From contig JAUYJU010000027.1 of NCBI GenBank assembly GCA_030700155.1, positions 5,954 to 69,953 on the forward strand: 64,000 nucleotides of DNA, read 5' to 3'. Of the stretch, positions 27,728-37,501 are shown piece by piece; positions within the stretch are counted from its first letter, which is position 1; every line of letters starts with the position of its first letter. The position numbers and the translations under genes are program-made. This stretch comes from Candidatus Nanoarchaeia archaeon (lineage in GTDB: Archaea > Nanobdellota > Nanobdellia > SCGC-AAA011-G17 > JAUYJU01). A model generated the notes under the pieces. The model saw only the letters and a list, made by a program, of their open reading frames with translations. It did not search any database and was not told the DNA's origin.

Positions 27728-28160
27728 TGATAGTAGTATTCTCAGACTTTTTAATCTCTAGATTATATAAGGAAATTGCCATAAGCCTAAGAAGCGGTTC
27801 TGAAAAATAATAACCATCTGCTTTAAACTGCTTAACATAAGCTAGATATTCTTCTAATGCGCTATCATTAAATAAATTTGTAGAACTAGAATCCAATTGA
27901 TGTATCAAATAATCAAAATTACCTTTATAGAATTTCCTCATATGCTCATTTGATTCTTCCTCAAAATATTCTTTAAAACAATTTATTTCAGTTTCTATAT
28001 TTTGTCTTAATAGGGCTTCCAATTTAGGTCTATCTTCTTTTGATATATGAAGTATTTTCCCATGCAATTTCTTAGCTTCGCTAACTACTTTTCTTAATTC
28101 TTGCGGACCTTTAAAGGACATATCGCAAAGTTTTACAAATATATAGTACCAATCTGTCAT
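27714..28160 (-). CDS. Hypothetical protein
   Basis: 148-aa ORF. Confidence 0.3.
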   Translation of the reverse strand: MTDWYYIFVKLCDMSFKGPQELRKVVSEAKKLHGKILHISKEDRPKLEALLRQNIETEINCFKEYFEEESNEHMRKFYKGNFDYLIHQLDSSSTNLFNDSALEEYLAYVKQFKADGYYFSEPLLRLMAISLYNLEIKKSENTTIKGKL

Positions 28161-28197
28161 AACTTAATAAAAGACTTTCATCAATTTAAAGTTTTCT

Positions 28198-29262
28198 CTA
28201 AACAGACTCAAGAACATAAATAAAACGCTCTAACCTGCTCTTTGTTTCAAAATAAGGAAGAGGCATAGAAATCGCTTTTACTGGTTGATAAAGCCTAAAT
28301 CCAGCTGCAGTTATTATACTATTAATATCTATCTCCCTTCTACCACCTTTAGTCTTAAATCTTGGTATTATTATGGCAATCTTTCCTTTCAATACATTCT
28401 TTAAATCTTTCAATAATGCTAAATACAATAACGACAATTCTTTAATCACCTTATTAGCCTCTTCCTCACTCGGTATTCTTTCCCAATAAGGACCCATATA
28501 AGGTTCAGAAGCAACAGATTCAATTTCTTTTATATTAGTAGACAATTTTCTAGCATCGCCTTTAATTAATTTCCATTTATTTCCATATTTTTTACCTAAC
28601 CATTCTAAATTTTCTTTTGCACTTGCAATATCTTTATCAACACCAATCACATTTAAACCCATTAACAAACCTTCTTGCAATATTGTTCCTTGTCCACAGA
28701 AAGGATCTAAAACTTCATGCTTAGCTTGACTTAGATTTATCATTATTTTAGCTAATCTTATTGAAATTGCAGATAAAGCATCAAATGCTGGTCTTTTTTC
28801 ATCTCTTTCCTTATACTCTTTAGGATTTGAAGTTGCAACAACCCTATACACCTGACCTTTATTCCATAAAAATTCTAAATCAAGATTTGCAGACTTACTG
28901 GGCATGACTTGAGTTTCATCTTTTACAGGAGTTTTAAACATAGCTTTTAATTTTTCTTTCTTAAACTTTAATTTTAATTCATCCAAGAAATCACTATCGT
29001 CTCCTTTTATTATTCCAACAGAATAAGTTATTGCTTTTTTAGGCCCATAATATTCGTAATCTTCGGTTAATTCAGCAATTTTTACTGTACCGCCTAATCT
29101 CATCATGACCTTAGAAGGATTAATCTGATCAACATCAAATATGGCTATTTTGTCATCATGATACTTAATGCTATGATTTATCTTAAAAGCTTGAAAATAA
29201 GACTCTATCTCAACTAAACTAAGTTCTGGGTCTCTCCCTAATATAAACATGTACTCTTGCAT
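28198..29262 (-). CDS. THUMP-domain RNA methyltransferase, Trm11/Trm-G10-like (tRNA guanine N2-methyltransferase family)
   Basis: N-terminal THUMP-like region plus a DPFCGQGT SAM/substrate motif (the D-P-x-C-G-x-G family motif). 354 aa. Confidence 0.5.
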   Translation of the reverse strand: MQEYMFILGRDPELSLVEIESYFQAFKINHSIKYHDDKIAIFDVDQINPSKVMMRLGGTVKIAELTEDYEYYGPKKAITYSVGIIKGDDSDFLDELKLKFKKEKLKAMFKTPVKDETQVMPSKSANLDLEFLWNKGQVYRVVATSNPKEYKERDEKRPAFDALSAISIRLAKIMINLSQAKHEVLDPFCGQGTILQEGLLMGLNVIGVDKDIASAKENLEWLGKKYGNKWKLIKGDARKLSTNIKEIESVASEPYMGPYWERIPSEEEANKVIKELSLLYLALLKDLKNVLKGKIAIIIPRFKTKGGRREIDINSIITAAGFRLYQPVKAISMPLPYFETKSRLERFIYVLESV

Positions 29263-29284
29263 AGGTTGCCTTTAGAAACAGCCT

Positions 29285-30166
29285 TTATAAATCTATTCTC
29301 CTAAAAACAACAAAACCCTTCATATTATCCTCAATATACTTCTCAGCCTTCTTAATCATTTCTCCTGAGCTTAAGAACAAAACAGGTAATTTCCTTTTTT
29401 GCCCTTCATGATAGGCTAAACTAATATCACCTTCATTTATTTTATTTTTATCCCTTGCAACTACAAAATAATGTAACTCTCCAATTTGAGAAGGAACTTT
29501 AACTACAAAATGAGACTCTTTATTTTTCTTGATAGCTATCTCCTCAATAATCTGCATCTCATTCTTTTTCAGATAATTAGAAATATCTACTAAAAAATTA
29601 TTAGGAGTATCATTTTTAATTTTTGGTTTAGCCTTTCTAACTTTGGGCTTCTCAACCTCTTTCAATTCAATAGTTGAGGTTTCAAGCTTAGGTTCTTCTT
29701 GAACGGTCTGAATTGTTTTTTGTTCTTCTTTTTTATGGAATAGTTCAGACAATTCCTCATTACTTGATGTATGCCATCTCCAGAACAATTCTTTATTACT
29801 ATTCACTTCAGTCTCAAAAGGAACAGCAAAATCTTTAATGCTCCTTAGAGCAACCCTTATAGAAGGTTCTTGGTTTTTATCCATTAAAATTTTATTTTCT
29901 TTCAATAAATTGTAAGCTTCTTTTTCTTTATCAGGTAAACTTGAATACAAAACAGATAATTTAGCTTCCTGTCCTGTTTGATAATAAACAGGACTTCCAC
30001 CAATTTTAGCATAACTTAATTTTAACAGTCTTTTAGAAACCAATTGAGAAAGTAAAGCTCCTGCAAATAATAAATCCTTACCTACAGCTTTAGCCACATC
30101 AATAGGTAAAACTGGACCCCTCATACTAATAACACTCAAAATTTTACTCTCTAACTGATCATCCAT
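29285..30166 (-). CDS. Hypothetical protein with an N-terminal winged-helix-like domain
   Basis: 293 aa with no cysteines. The N-terminus looks winged-helix-like (MRGPVLPIDVAKAVG...KIGGSPVYY). Confidence 0.3.
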   Translation of the reverse strand: MDDQLESKILSVISMRGPVLPIDVAKAVGKDLLFAGALLSQLVSKRLLKLSYAKIGGSPVYYQTGQEAKLSVLYSSLPDKEKEAYNLLKENKILMDKNQEPSIRVALRSIKDFAVPFETEVNSNKELFWRWHTSSNEELSELFHKKEEQKTIQTVQEEPKLETSTIELKEVEKPKVRKAKPKIKNDTPNNFLVDISNYLKKNEMQIIEEIAIKKNKESHFVVKVPSQIGELHYFVVARDKNKINEGDISLAYHEGQKRKLPVLFLSSGEMIKKAEKYIEDNMKGFVVFRRIDL

Positions 30167-30208
30167 ACAAAAGAAAATATCTATTAAGGTTTAAATGTAT
30201 TATTGTTC

Positions 30209-30733
30209 TTAAGGCTTAGTCCAAGTACATTCATAATAAGTACAATCATTTTCGTCATCTACAATGCCAATTAATAGCTTTTTCTTAGTGCTATGAGCCA
30301 CCCTATTTTTAGCGGCAAACTCATACCAAGTTAAAGCCTCAGCCTCATTAACCGGATAAAGAATCCACTTAGCATGTTCTTCTCCAGGTTTTTTACCCCT
30401 ATCATAAACTCTAAAGTCAGCTCCAAATTTCAAAGCAGTCTTCACAATATAGCCTCTATCTCTCATATCTCTATAAACACAATATCTTGTCCAAAATCTT
30501 TTATCTTTCTTACTAGTCAATTTTACAAAATCATCAAAAGTTATCTTCTTATCTTTAGGATCAAAAATATCCATTTTTCCTTTATCAACTAAGTAAAGAG
30601 CTTCAGCTGCAGAATACTGAAACTTTCCACTGACTAATTCACCATATCTTGAGCTGTCAAATAAAGTTTGAGCTTCCTGACTAGATTCAGCAGTTACAAT
30701 ATCCCTAGATAATTGTGCTTGTATCTTTGTCAT
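30209..30733 (-). CDS. endA: tRNA-splicing endonuclease EndA
   Basis: YRDMRDRGYIVKTALKFGADFRVY...H matches the catalytic domain of the archaeal tRNA intron endonuclease. Confidence 0.8.
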   Translation of the reverse strand: MTKIQAQLSRDIVTAESSQEAQTLFDSSRYGELVSGKFQYSAAEALYLVDKGKMDIFDPKDKKITFDDFVKLTSKKDKRFWTRYCVYRDMRDRGYIVKTALKFGADFRVYDRGKKPGEEHAKWILYPVNEAEALTWYEFAAKNRVAHSTKKKLLIGIVDDENDCTYYECTWTKP

Positions 30734-30783
30734 GATTCAATTAAACAGAAAGGTATTTAAAAAGCTTTCCTATAACCTAATTT

Positions 30784-31677
30784 ATGAAAATAACATTTTT
30801 AGGTACTTCGTCATCAATACCTACTAAAGAAAGAAATCATTCAGCATTTTTACTTAGTTATAAAACTGAAAACATTTTATTTGATTGTGGAGAAAATGTT
30901 CAAAGACAATTAACAATAGCTAAAATTTCTCCAGCAAAAATAACTAAAATATTAATCTCACATTGGCATGGGGATCATGTTTTAGGAATTCCAGGACTAT
31001 TAACAACTATAGGTAACATTAGTGCTGATAAAATTGTAGAAATTTACGGTCCAGAAGGAACAAAAAAACAGTTCGAATATGTAAAAAAAGCCTTTTTAAC
31101 AGAAACAATCCCAAAAGTCAAGATTATAGAAATCAAAAAAGTAGGAAAATTCTTTGAAAATCATGATTTTTGTTTAGATGCTCAAAAACTAAAGCATCCA
31201 ATACCCTGTTTAGCCTTTTCTTTTATTGAAAAAGATAAGTTAAGGATAAACAAAGATAAATTAAAGCAATTAAAAATTCCAAAAGGCCCAATAATCAAAG
31301 ACCTTACAGAAGGAAAAAATATTAAACTAAATAATAAAGTTATAAGGTATAAAGAGATTACATATCTACAAAAAGGAAAGAAATTAACTTATTTGTCAAA
31401 TACTGGAGTTTCTCCTTCTTGTATAAAAGCGGCAAAAAATGCAGATGTAATAATATCAGAGGCAACATTTTCAAAAGCAGATGAAAAAAAAGCAATAGAA
31501 TATCAACATTTAACTTCAGAACAGGCTGCACAAATTGCAAAAAAAGCTAAGGCTAAAAAATTAATCCTAACACACTTTAGTCCACGTTATAAGGATACAA
31601 AGGATTTAGAGAAAGAAGCTAAAACAATTTTTAAAAATACTGAATGCGCTTCAGATTTTATTTCTTTTTCTTTTTAG
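30784..31677 (+). CDS. rnz: Ribonuclease Z (tRNA 3' processing; metallo-beta-lactamase fold)
   Basis: HWHGDH motif. Starts MKITFLGTSS. 297 aa. Confidence 0.85.
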   Translation: MKITFLGTSSSIPTKERNHSAFLLSYKTENILFDCGENVQRQLTIAKISPAKITKILISHWHGDHVLGIPGLLTTIGNISADKIVEIYGPEGTKKQFEYVKKAFLTETIPKVKIIEIKKVGKFFENHDFCLDAQKLKHPIPCLAFSFIEKDKLRINKDKLKQLKIPKGPIIKDLTEGKNIKLNNKVIRYKEITYLQKGKKLTYLSNTGVSPSCIKAAKNADVIISEATFSKADEKKAIEYQHLTSEQAAQIAKKAKAKKLILTHFSPRYKDTKDLEKEAKTIFKNTECASDFISFSF

Positions 31678-32446
31678 TTCTAAAATGATAAGCACTAAAT
31701 AAAAATATATCTGCCCAGATTCCAACTATAATATTAACTAGAAAAGAAACTGCTTGGAAAACAAACACATTTATGGTCGCGATGAATCCATTCAAAAAAG
31801 TAGCTAAAAAAGAAACTAAAACAAGTGCCAAAGCACAAAGAATAACATATCTAGGTTCTCTTTTAAAGAAATAATAAGATTCTCTCAAAGCTTCTCTAGG
31901 TTTTTTATTTTCCAATATCAAAATAGGATACCTAAAGAAAAATCCAAAGGAAATCAATAAATAAAGTCCGCTGGCAGTTATCAAAAACGCAGGCAGGCTA
32001 ACATTAGCAACACCCAAAGCACTTAACAGCATAGAAGGTATAAGAGAGAGTATTGCAGCTATCGCATATACAACCCCCATCCATAGCCTAAGAATCAATA
32101 CAGGCTTGAAAAAAGCTTTTAGATGCGCTTTACAAGTGCTCAATAAACATTTATTTTTATTTAGTATATCTGAGATTAAACCATAAATTACAGCTGAAAA
32201 ACATACTCCCAAAATAAACAAAAATAATCCATACAATCCAAGGTAAATTAAAGAATTAGTAGCTTGTGCAGGAACTAAAAGCGGATCTACAACTTCACTT
32301 TCAAAAAAAGCTTCAAAAATTTTAAAATGTTTCTGTAACAAAAAACCTATGTAAACCGTAATAGCTAGATAAATAAATTTAGGAACAAGAATTTTAGGGT
32401 GTTTTTTTAAATAACGCCAAGCTTCAACAAATGGCTTTCCAATCAC
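31658..32446 (-). CDS. Hypothetical polytopic membrane protein
   Basis: 262 aa with at least five hydrophobic helices. Confidence 0.35.
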   Translation of the reverse strand: MIGKPFVEAWRYLKKHPKILVPKFIYLAITVYIGFLLQKHFKIFEAFFESEVVDPLLVPAQATNSLIYLGLYGLFLFILGVCFSAVIYGLISDILNKNKCLLSTCKAHLKAFFKPVLILRLWMGVVYAIAAILSLIPSMLLSALGVANVSLPAFLITASGLYLLISFGFFFRYPILILENKKPREALRESYYFFKREPRYVILCALALVLVSFLATFLNGFIATINVFVFQAVSFLVNIIVGIWADIFLFSAYHFRTKKKKK

Positions 32447-33360
32447 TTCTCTTTCACCTTTTTCTTAATCTTCTCTTTCAATTTAAGTTTCTTTAATAGT
32501 TCCTTATATCTATTTCTAATTGTAACCTCAGTTACTCCAGCAATATCTGCAACTTCTCTTTGAGTTCTCTTCTCATTATTAATCAAAGCAGCAACATACA
32601 ACGCAGCAGCAGCAATTCCGGTTGGACCTCTACCTGAAGTTAATTCAGAATTTTCAGCTTGTTCTAAAATTTCTACAGCTTTACTTTGAGTTTCAGCACT
32701 TAATTTCAAAGCGCTAGCAAATCTAGGTATATAATCAACAGGATTTGAAGGTAAGATTCTTATTCCTAATTCTCTTGTTACAAATCTATAAGTTCTTCCA
32801 ATTTCTTTTTTATCTATACCTGAAGCTTCACTTAATTCATCCAAAGTTCTTGGAACTTCATGTCTTCTGCATGCAGCATATAATGCTCCAGCAACAACAG
32901 ATTCCATACTTCTTCCTCTAACTAAACCTCTCTGAACAGCTAGAGTATAAATTCTAGCAGCTTCTTCCTCAACAGATCTTGGTAATTTCAAAAATGAAGC
33001 AACCCTCTTCAATTCAGCTAGGGCTAATTTTAAATTTCTCTCAATAGCAGTACTTATTCTATACTGCCACTTTCTTAATCTAAAGAATTTGTTCTTTCCT
33101 TTCCCCTTTAACTGGAAAATATCTCCTTTTTGACCTACATCAGTACCTAAACCACGATCATATTTAGTATAAGATAATGGGGCTCCTACTCTCTTTTGTT
33201 TAGAAGCTTGATCAGAATCAAATTCACGCCACTCTTGACTGAAGTCAATCATCCTTTCTTCGATGACTAAACCGCAATCCCTACAAATGACTTCTCCTTT
33301 ATCTTTATCCAAACGTAAATTTATACTTCCACAGTCTGGACATTTCTTAATATAAGCCAA
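32443..33360 (-). CDS. tfb: Transcription initiation factor TFB (TFIIB homolog)
   Basis: N-terminal zinc ribbon (CPDCGS...CRDCG) and two cyclin-like repeats. 305 aa. Confidence 0.9.
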   Translation of the reverse strand: MAYIKKCPDCGSINLRLDKDKGEVICRDCGLVIEERMIDFSQEWREFDSDQASKQKRVGAPLSYTKYDRGLGTDVGQKGDIFQLKGKGKNKFFRLRKWQYRISTAIERNLKLALAELKRVASFLKLPRSVEEEAARIYTLAVQRGLVRGRSMESVVAGALYAACRRHEVPRTLDELSEASGIDKKEIGRTYRFVTRELGIRILPSNPVDYIPRFASALKLSAETQSKAVEILEQAENSELTSGRGPTGIAAAALYVAALINNEKRTQREVADIAGVTEVTIRNRYKELLKKLKLKEKIKKKVKEK

Positions 33361-33439
33361 AACTATTTGCCCCCTGAACTATTGTTTTAAACAATAATAA
33401 TCTTTATATACTCTAAAAAGAAGTAGTATTTAAAGCTTT

Positions 33440-33703
33440 CTATTCAGTTCTACCAGAAGCCGTCTCTTGCTCTTTTTTAAGCCTTCCAAGAACATACGCA
33501 GCCAATTCCTTCATGTACAAGGCATTATGAGGAATAGTCTGAACATCCCAACCTTTAAACTTTACAAAGTCAACCCACAAAGCATCAGCTTCAGTTTTAT
33601 CGCCTTCTGTTAGAATCCAGCCACTATTGCAGTCATAGCAAATACCTATGCCACCTTTATACTTATCAACAATTTCATTACCACAAACTCTACAATCAGT
33701 CAT
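33440..33703 (-). CDS. Small zinc-ribbon protein, function unknown
   Basis: C-x2-C...C-x2-C pattern (CRVCG...CYDC). 87 aa. Confidence 0.3.
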   Translation of the reverse strand: MTDCRVCGNEIVDKYKGGIGICYDCNSGWILTEGDKTEADALWVDFVKFKGWDVQTIPHNALYMKELAAYVLGRLKKEQETASGRTE

Positions 33704-33704
33704 T

Positions 33705-34085
33705 TTATTTGATTAAAACAGCGTTAATAGAACCTTCTTGACCTGGTCTAGAAGTAACTCTAGCATCACCCTTAGGAGTTTTAATTACAGCTCCTTTAGT
33801 CATTATATTACGTCTTATAAAATTTCTATTAGCAGGGTTATCTACCACACCTTCAATATCTATTTTAAAATGTTTCTTAGATTTAGGATCATAAATATTA
33901 ACAATATTACAAGTCAATAATCTATTCTTATTACTTCCACCACTAATTCTAATTGTTCTTTTTTTGGTAACGTCTACTTTAGTATGTGTAGGGATACTGC
34001 CTAAATATCTTTGTTTCTTTTTCTTTACAGAAACATATCTTCCACCAGAAGCTTTTCTCCTTGATCTTAATTGGTGTATTGCCAT
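33705..34085 (-). CDS. rps8e: 30S ribosomal protein S8e
   Basis: MAIHQLRSRRKASGGRY matches S8e. Confidence 0.85.
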   Translation of the reverse strand: MAIHQLRSRRKASGGRYVSVKKKKQRYLGSIPTHTKVDVTKKRTIRISGGSNKNRLLTCNIVNIYDPKSKKHFKIDIEGVVDNPANRNFIRRNIMTKGAVIKTPKGDARVTSRPGQEGSINAVLIK

Positions 34086-34181
34086 TAACTTTCCTAGGAA
34101 ATAAACCCTTTATATAACTTACTCTTCAGGACCAAGCCAAAAGCTTTAAATACTCAGTTTAAGGCTTATAGACCATGTTCA

Positions 34182-34421
34182 ATGGGGGTTTTTATTATGG
34201 AATCTGAGAGACCTTTAGACGCATTAAATCAAGCTCGTGGAAAGCGCGTTCTTGTTGAATTAAAGAACGGAAAGCAATTCATAGGCAATCTAAAAGCGTT
34301 TGATATCCACATTAATACTGTTCTAGAAGAAGCTGAAGAGCATGAAAATGGTCAGCTAAAAAGAAAGATTGGAACAGCATTCTTACGTGGAGATACAATT
34401 ATACTAATATCACCGCAGTAA
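34182..34421 (+). CDS. Sm-like archaeal protein (LSm/SmAP)
   Basis: Sm1 and Sm2 motifs (VLVELKNGKQFIGNLKAFDIHINTVLE...RGDTIILISP). The Sm-L37e pairing is conserved. Confidence 0.85.
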   Translation: MGVFIMESERPLDALNQARGKRVLVELKNGKQFIGNLKAFDIHINTVLEEAEEHENGQLKRKIGTAFLRGDTIILISPQ

Positions 34422-34430
34422 TTCTAAAAA

Positions 34431-34616
34431 ATGACAAAAGGAACATCAGCACACGGTAAGAAATCTAAAGGAAAAAATTTCATTAGATGCAGACGTTGTG
34501 GTAAGCCTGCTTATCATATCAGGAAGAAAAAATGTTCCTCTTGTGGATTTGGAAAAACTCCTAGGATGAGAAAGTATAATACAAATAAGAAGAAAAAATC
34601 CAATAAAAGAATTTAG
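34431..34616 (+). CDS. rpl37e: 50S ribosomal protein L37e
   Basis: CRRCG...CSSCG zinc ribbon with a basic tail. Confidence 0.85.
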   Translation: MTKGTSAHGKKSKGKNFIRCRRCGKPAYHIRKKKCSSCGFGKTPRMRKYNTNKKKKSNKRI

Positions 34617-34662
34617 TTCTTTAGTAATCTTTATAAATCTAATAAAAGTTAGTTTGACTTAC

Positions 34663-34746
34663 GCAGGGGTGCCGGAGTGGTCAAACGGGCTGGGCTTAGG
34701 ACCCAGTAGCTTAGTGCTTACGCAGGTTCGAACCCTGTCCCCCGCA
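34663..34746 (+). tRNA. tRNA-Leu (anticodon UAG), with an A3-C70 mismatch in the acceptor stem
   Basis: Type II tRNA with a long variable arm. Anticodon stem CTGGG/CCCAG with loop CTTAGGA. TΨC arm GCAGG/TTCGAAC/CCTGT. Acceptor GCAGGGG/CCCCCGC has one A-C mispair. Confidence 0.8.
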
Positions 34747-34787
34747 TATTTTACTTTTTCTTATGCGTGCACTAAACAATATAAACC

Positions 34788-36059
34788 ATGTTTGGTTGGG
34801 AGCATATTATGGCAGAGGACGATATATACAAGAGCAAGGCACGCTATGAGAAGATAATTAAAAATCTTAGCTTATTAGCAGTAAAACCAGAAAACGGCTC
34901 TAGAAGAAAATATTATTGCAAGAACATTAATAATTTAGAATGTTTTAAACAAATGTGCAAGATATTTGAAGTTAAAGATACTTCATACATAAGAAGAATC
35001 AGATTATTTAAGAGCTTAATATTTATCGTAGATTCTACAGAAAAAGACCTTAAAAAATGTGAAAGAGAAGATGTCAACGAAATTGTAGCTCGAGGTCATA
35101 AGACATATAACACTCCAAAAACCAAAGAAGATATAATTAGGGATCTTAAGTACATGTGGAAATGTCTATTTCCAGAAAAAGATGAAAAAGGCAGAGTCGA
35201 TGAAACAATTGTGCCTTATACAGTCAGACATTTATCACCTAAGGTTGATAAGAGCAAACAAAAAAGACGCAAGGATAGATTAAATATTGAGCAGTTGGAG
35301 AAGTTGATGAACTTCTTTAGCAGAAGCCCAATGATGCAGTTTTATATTGCTTTAATTATTGAAAGTCTAGGAAGACCTCAAGAGTTAAGCTATCTTCGTA
35401 TTAGTGATTTAGAAATCCACGACAATACTTATGCTAAAATTTATGTTTCTGAACATGGAAAAGAAGGCACTAAGTTTTTACAATGTATTGATAGCTACCC
35501 TTACTTATTAAAATGGTTTACAGTACATCCATTTAAGGATAATAAAAATGCTTTTTTGTTTATTGCTAGTGGAAGAGAAGATAATCAATTTACTCCTGTA
35601 AATGCAACAAAGCAACTGCAGAAAGCTTGTGAGAGATTGAACTTGCCAAGAGTTACTGCTTACTCTCTTAAGAGAAATGGGGTAACATTTGCTAGATTAA
35701 GAGGAGAAAGTGATGTAGAGATACAGCATAAAGCAGGCTGGACTTCTACAAAGCAGATTAATACTTATGACCAAAGTAATGCAGAAGATGTGCTAAAAAA
35801 TCAATTAGCCAAGCGTGGGTTGATAAAAGATAAAAACTATGATATGTTTACTCCTAAGCAGAAAACTTGTTTATGTGGTGAAAATCTTGGCTTTGCTGAA
35901 AGAATATGCCCTAAATGCAAGAGACTTATTCATCAAGAAGATATTAAAAAACAGATGAATGCTGATAACTTAACAACCCAAGTGTTAAAGAAGATAGGTG
36001 AGCAGAATAAAGAATTAATATTAAAAGCTATGGCTGAATTGGGGGTGAGAAATGTTTGA
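34788..36059 (+). CDS. int: Tyrosine recombinase/integrase
   Basis: The C-terminal catalytic region shows an R...HxxR...Y pattern (AYSLKRNGVTFARLRG...HKAGWTSTKQINTY). Extra C-x2-C...C-x2-C tail. Located adjacent to the tRNA. Confidence 0.8.
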   Translation: MFGWEHIMAEDDIYKSKARYEKIIKNLSLLAVKPENGSRRKYYCKNINNLECFKQMCKIFEVKDTSYIRRIRLFKSLIFIVDSTEKDLKKCEREDVNEIVARGHKTYNTPKTKEDIIRDLKYMWKCLFPEKDEKGRVDETIVPYTVRHLSPKVDKSKQKRRKDRLNIEQLEKLMNFFSRSPMMQFYIALIIESLGRPQELSYLRISDLEIHDNTYAKIYVSEHGKEGTKFLQCIDSYPYLLKWFTVHPFKDNKNAFLFIASGREDNQFTPVNATKQLQKACERLNLPRVTAYSLKRNGVTFARLRGESDVEIQHKAGWTSTKQINTYDQSNAEDVLKNQLAKRGLIKDKNYDMFTPKQKTCLCGENLGFAERICPKCKRLIHQEDIKKQMNADNLTTQVLKKIGEQNKELILKAMAELGVRNV

Positions 36060-36075
36060 TTTTATTCTTTCCTAT

Positions 36076-36342
36076 CTAAATGCTCAACCCCTTCTGCACC
36101 ACATATCTCAAAGCAGAGCTTATAGAAACTTTATAAGAAACAGCTCTATTTTCTAATTGTTTCCATAGTTCGTCTTTACAGAAGACAACCCTTCTTTTTT
36201 GAATAGAATTAGGCATAATGTCCTCTTCAGCTAACTTGAAGGTTTTAAGATTGTTATCTTTCTTTGATTCTTCTAATAATCTTCTAAAGAACTGAATAGA
36301 TTGAGGCTCAAATACATGTTCCTTATTTTCTTTTGTTTCCAT
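36076..36342 (-). CDS. Hypothetical small protein
   Basis: 88-aa ORF inside the element. Confidence 0.25.
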   Translation of the reverse strand: METKENKEHVFEPQSIQFFRRLLEESKKDNNLKTFKLAEEDIMPNSIQKRRVVFCKDELWKQLENRAVSYKVSISSALRYVVQKGLSI

Positions 36343-36545
36343 GTTGTTCTATCTCGATTTACCCATTTTAAACCCTGACTTTAATATTAATATATTATTA
36401 ATTTATTAACGTTAACAAATGTCCTCTATGTCCAGTATGCCACTTAGGTTACAAGGATATAGGTCAAGCTTTATATAATTTAGGCGACGTGCACGTGCAC
36501 CTAAGCTTAAAAATACAATAAACTAGATTCTTTTCATGTTTTAAA

Positions 36546-37352
36546 ATGTCAAACAACGACACATTTCCAGCCATAGTATTTTGTTTTGTTATTCTGATTA
36601 CCTTTAATGAATTTCTAAATCCAATTTTACAGGATTTTCTTGCTGTGGACTGGAAGCGAATAGGCATTATCTTTGGTGCTGTTGTTGGAATTTTGATTTT
36701 AGCCTTTTTTACAATAAGAAATATTATTTTGAAGAAAAAAGTAAAAGAAGGCTATATTCCTTACAGTAATCCAGAACCAGAAGAGAATGAAGAACGTCTG
36801 ATTGAAGAGGTTGAAGAACCTGAAGAGCGAGTTATTGAGCAACCTGTTCATAGGGTAGTTAATATTCGAGTAGATGAAACTAAAGGCTTCTTTAAGAAAT
36901 CTGAAATAACTGATGATGAAGTTACATACCTAAAGAATAAAGGATATATAGAAAGCACTCATATGAGCATAGTTACTAAATCTATGGAAAGATATTTGCT
37001 AAAACCAGCTTCTAACGAAAGCCCTAGTCACTTTTTCTTAATACAAGACATTTGTAATTATATTAAGAAATTCACAGACAAAGTCTGGACGTATAATACT
37101 GTTAAGCCTGATATTGTTTTCATTGATAAACGTGGAAGAAAGGTTGCTATTGAAGTTGAAACAGGAAAAGTATTGAAATATAAACCAGAAAGATTACCTC
37201 AAAAAGTTAAACACATGACTGAGAATTATGATGACTGGTTTTTTGTGGTTACAGATGGCAATTTGGTAAGAGAATACAAGAATTATGGTAAAACCTATGA
37301 AAAAAGAAGTATAACTAAAATTCTAAGCAATCTTGTAAGTGGCACAAATTGA
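36546..37352 (+). CDS. Membrane-anchored protein with a PD-(D/E)xK nuclease-like C-terminal domain
   Basis: Two N-terminal transmembrane segments. The C-terminus (VKPDIVFIDKRGRKVAIEVETGK) resembles a restriction-endonuclease-fold core (D...E-x-K). Confidence 0.4.
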   Translation: MSNNDTFPAIVFCFVILITFNEFLNPILQDFLAVDWKRIGIIFGAVVGILILAFFTIRNIILKKKVKEGYIPYSNPEPEENEERLIEEVEEPEERVIEQPVHRVVNIRVDETKGFFKKSEITDDEVTYLKNKGYIESTHMSIVTKSMERYLLKPASNESPSHFFLIQDICNYIKKFTDKVWTYNTVKPDIVFIDKRGRKVAIEVETGKVLKYKPERLPQKVKHMTENYDDWFFVVTDGNLVREYKNYGKTYEKRSITKILSNLVSGTN

Positions 37353-37501
37353 GCTAGAAGCCATACTTACAAGGAATTCTGGCACTACAGCGCTTTTAGT
37401 CAGTAGACATAATAAGGCTATCAGCCAAGTCATTGTGGAAAACGTCTAGTGATAAGGAATTTTGATGTTTTAACTGTTTTAAGAGGCTGGTTAAACTAAG
37501 T

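Noticed and set aside
34654-34857. 67-aa plus-strand ORF
   Set aside because: Overlaps the tRNA-Leu gene and the integrase start. It is an artefact of the tRNA sequence being open in this frame.
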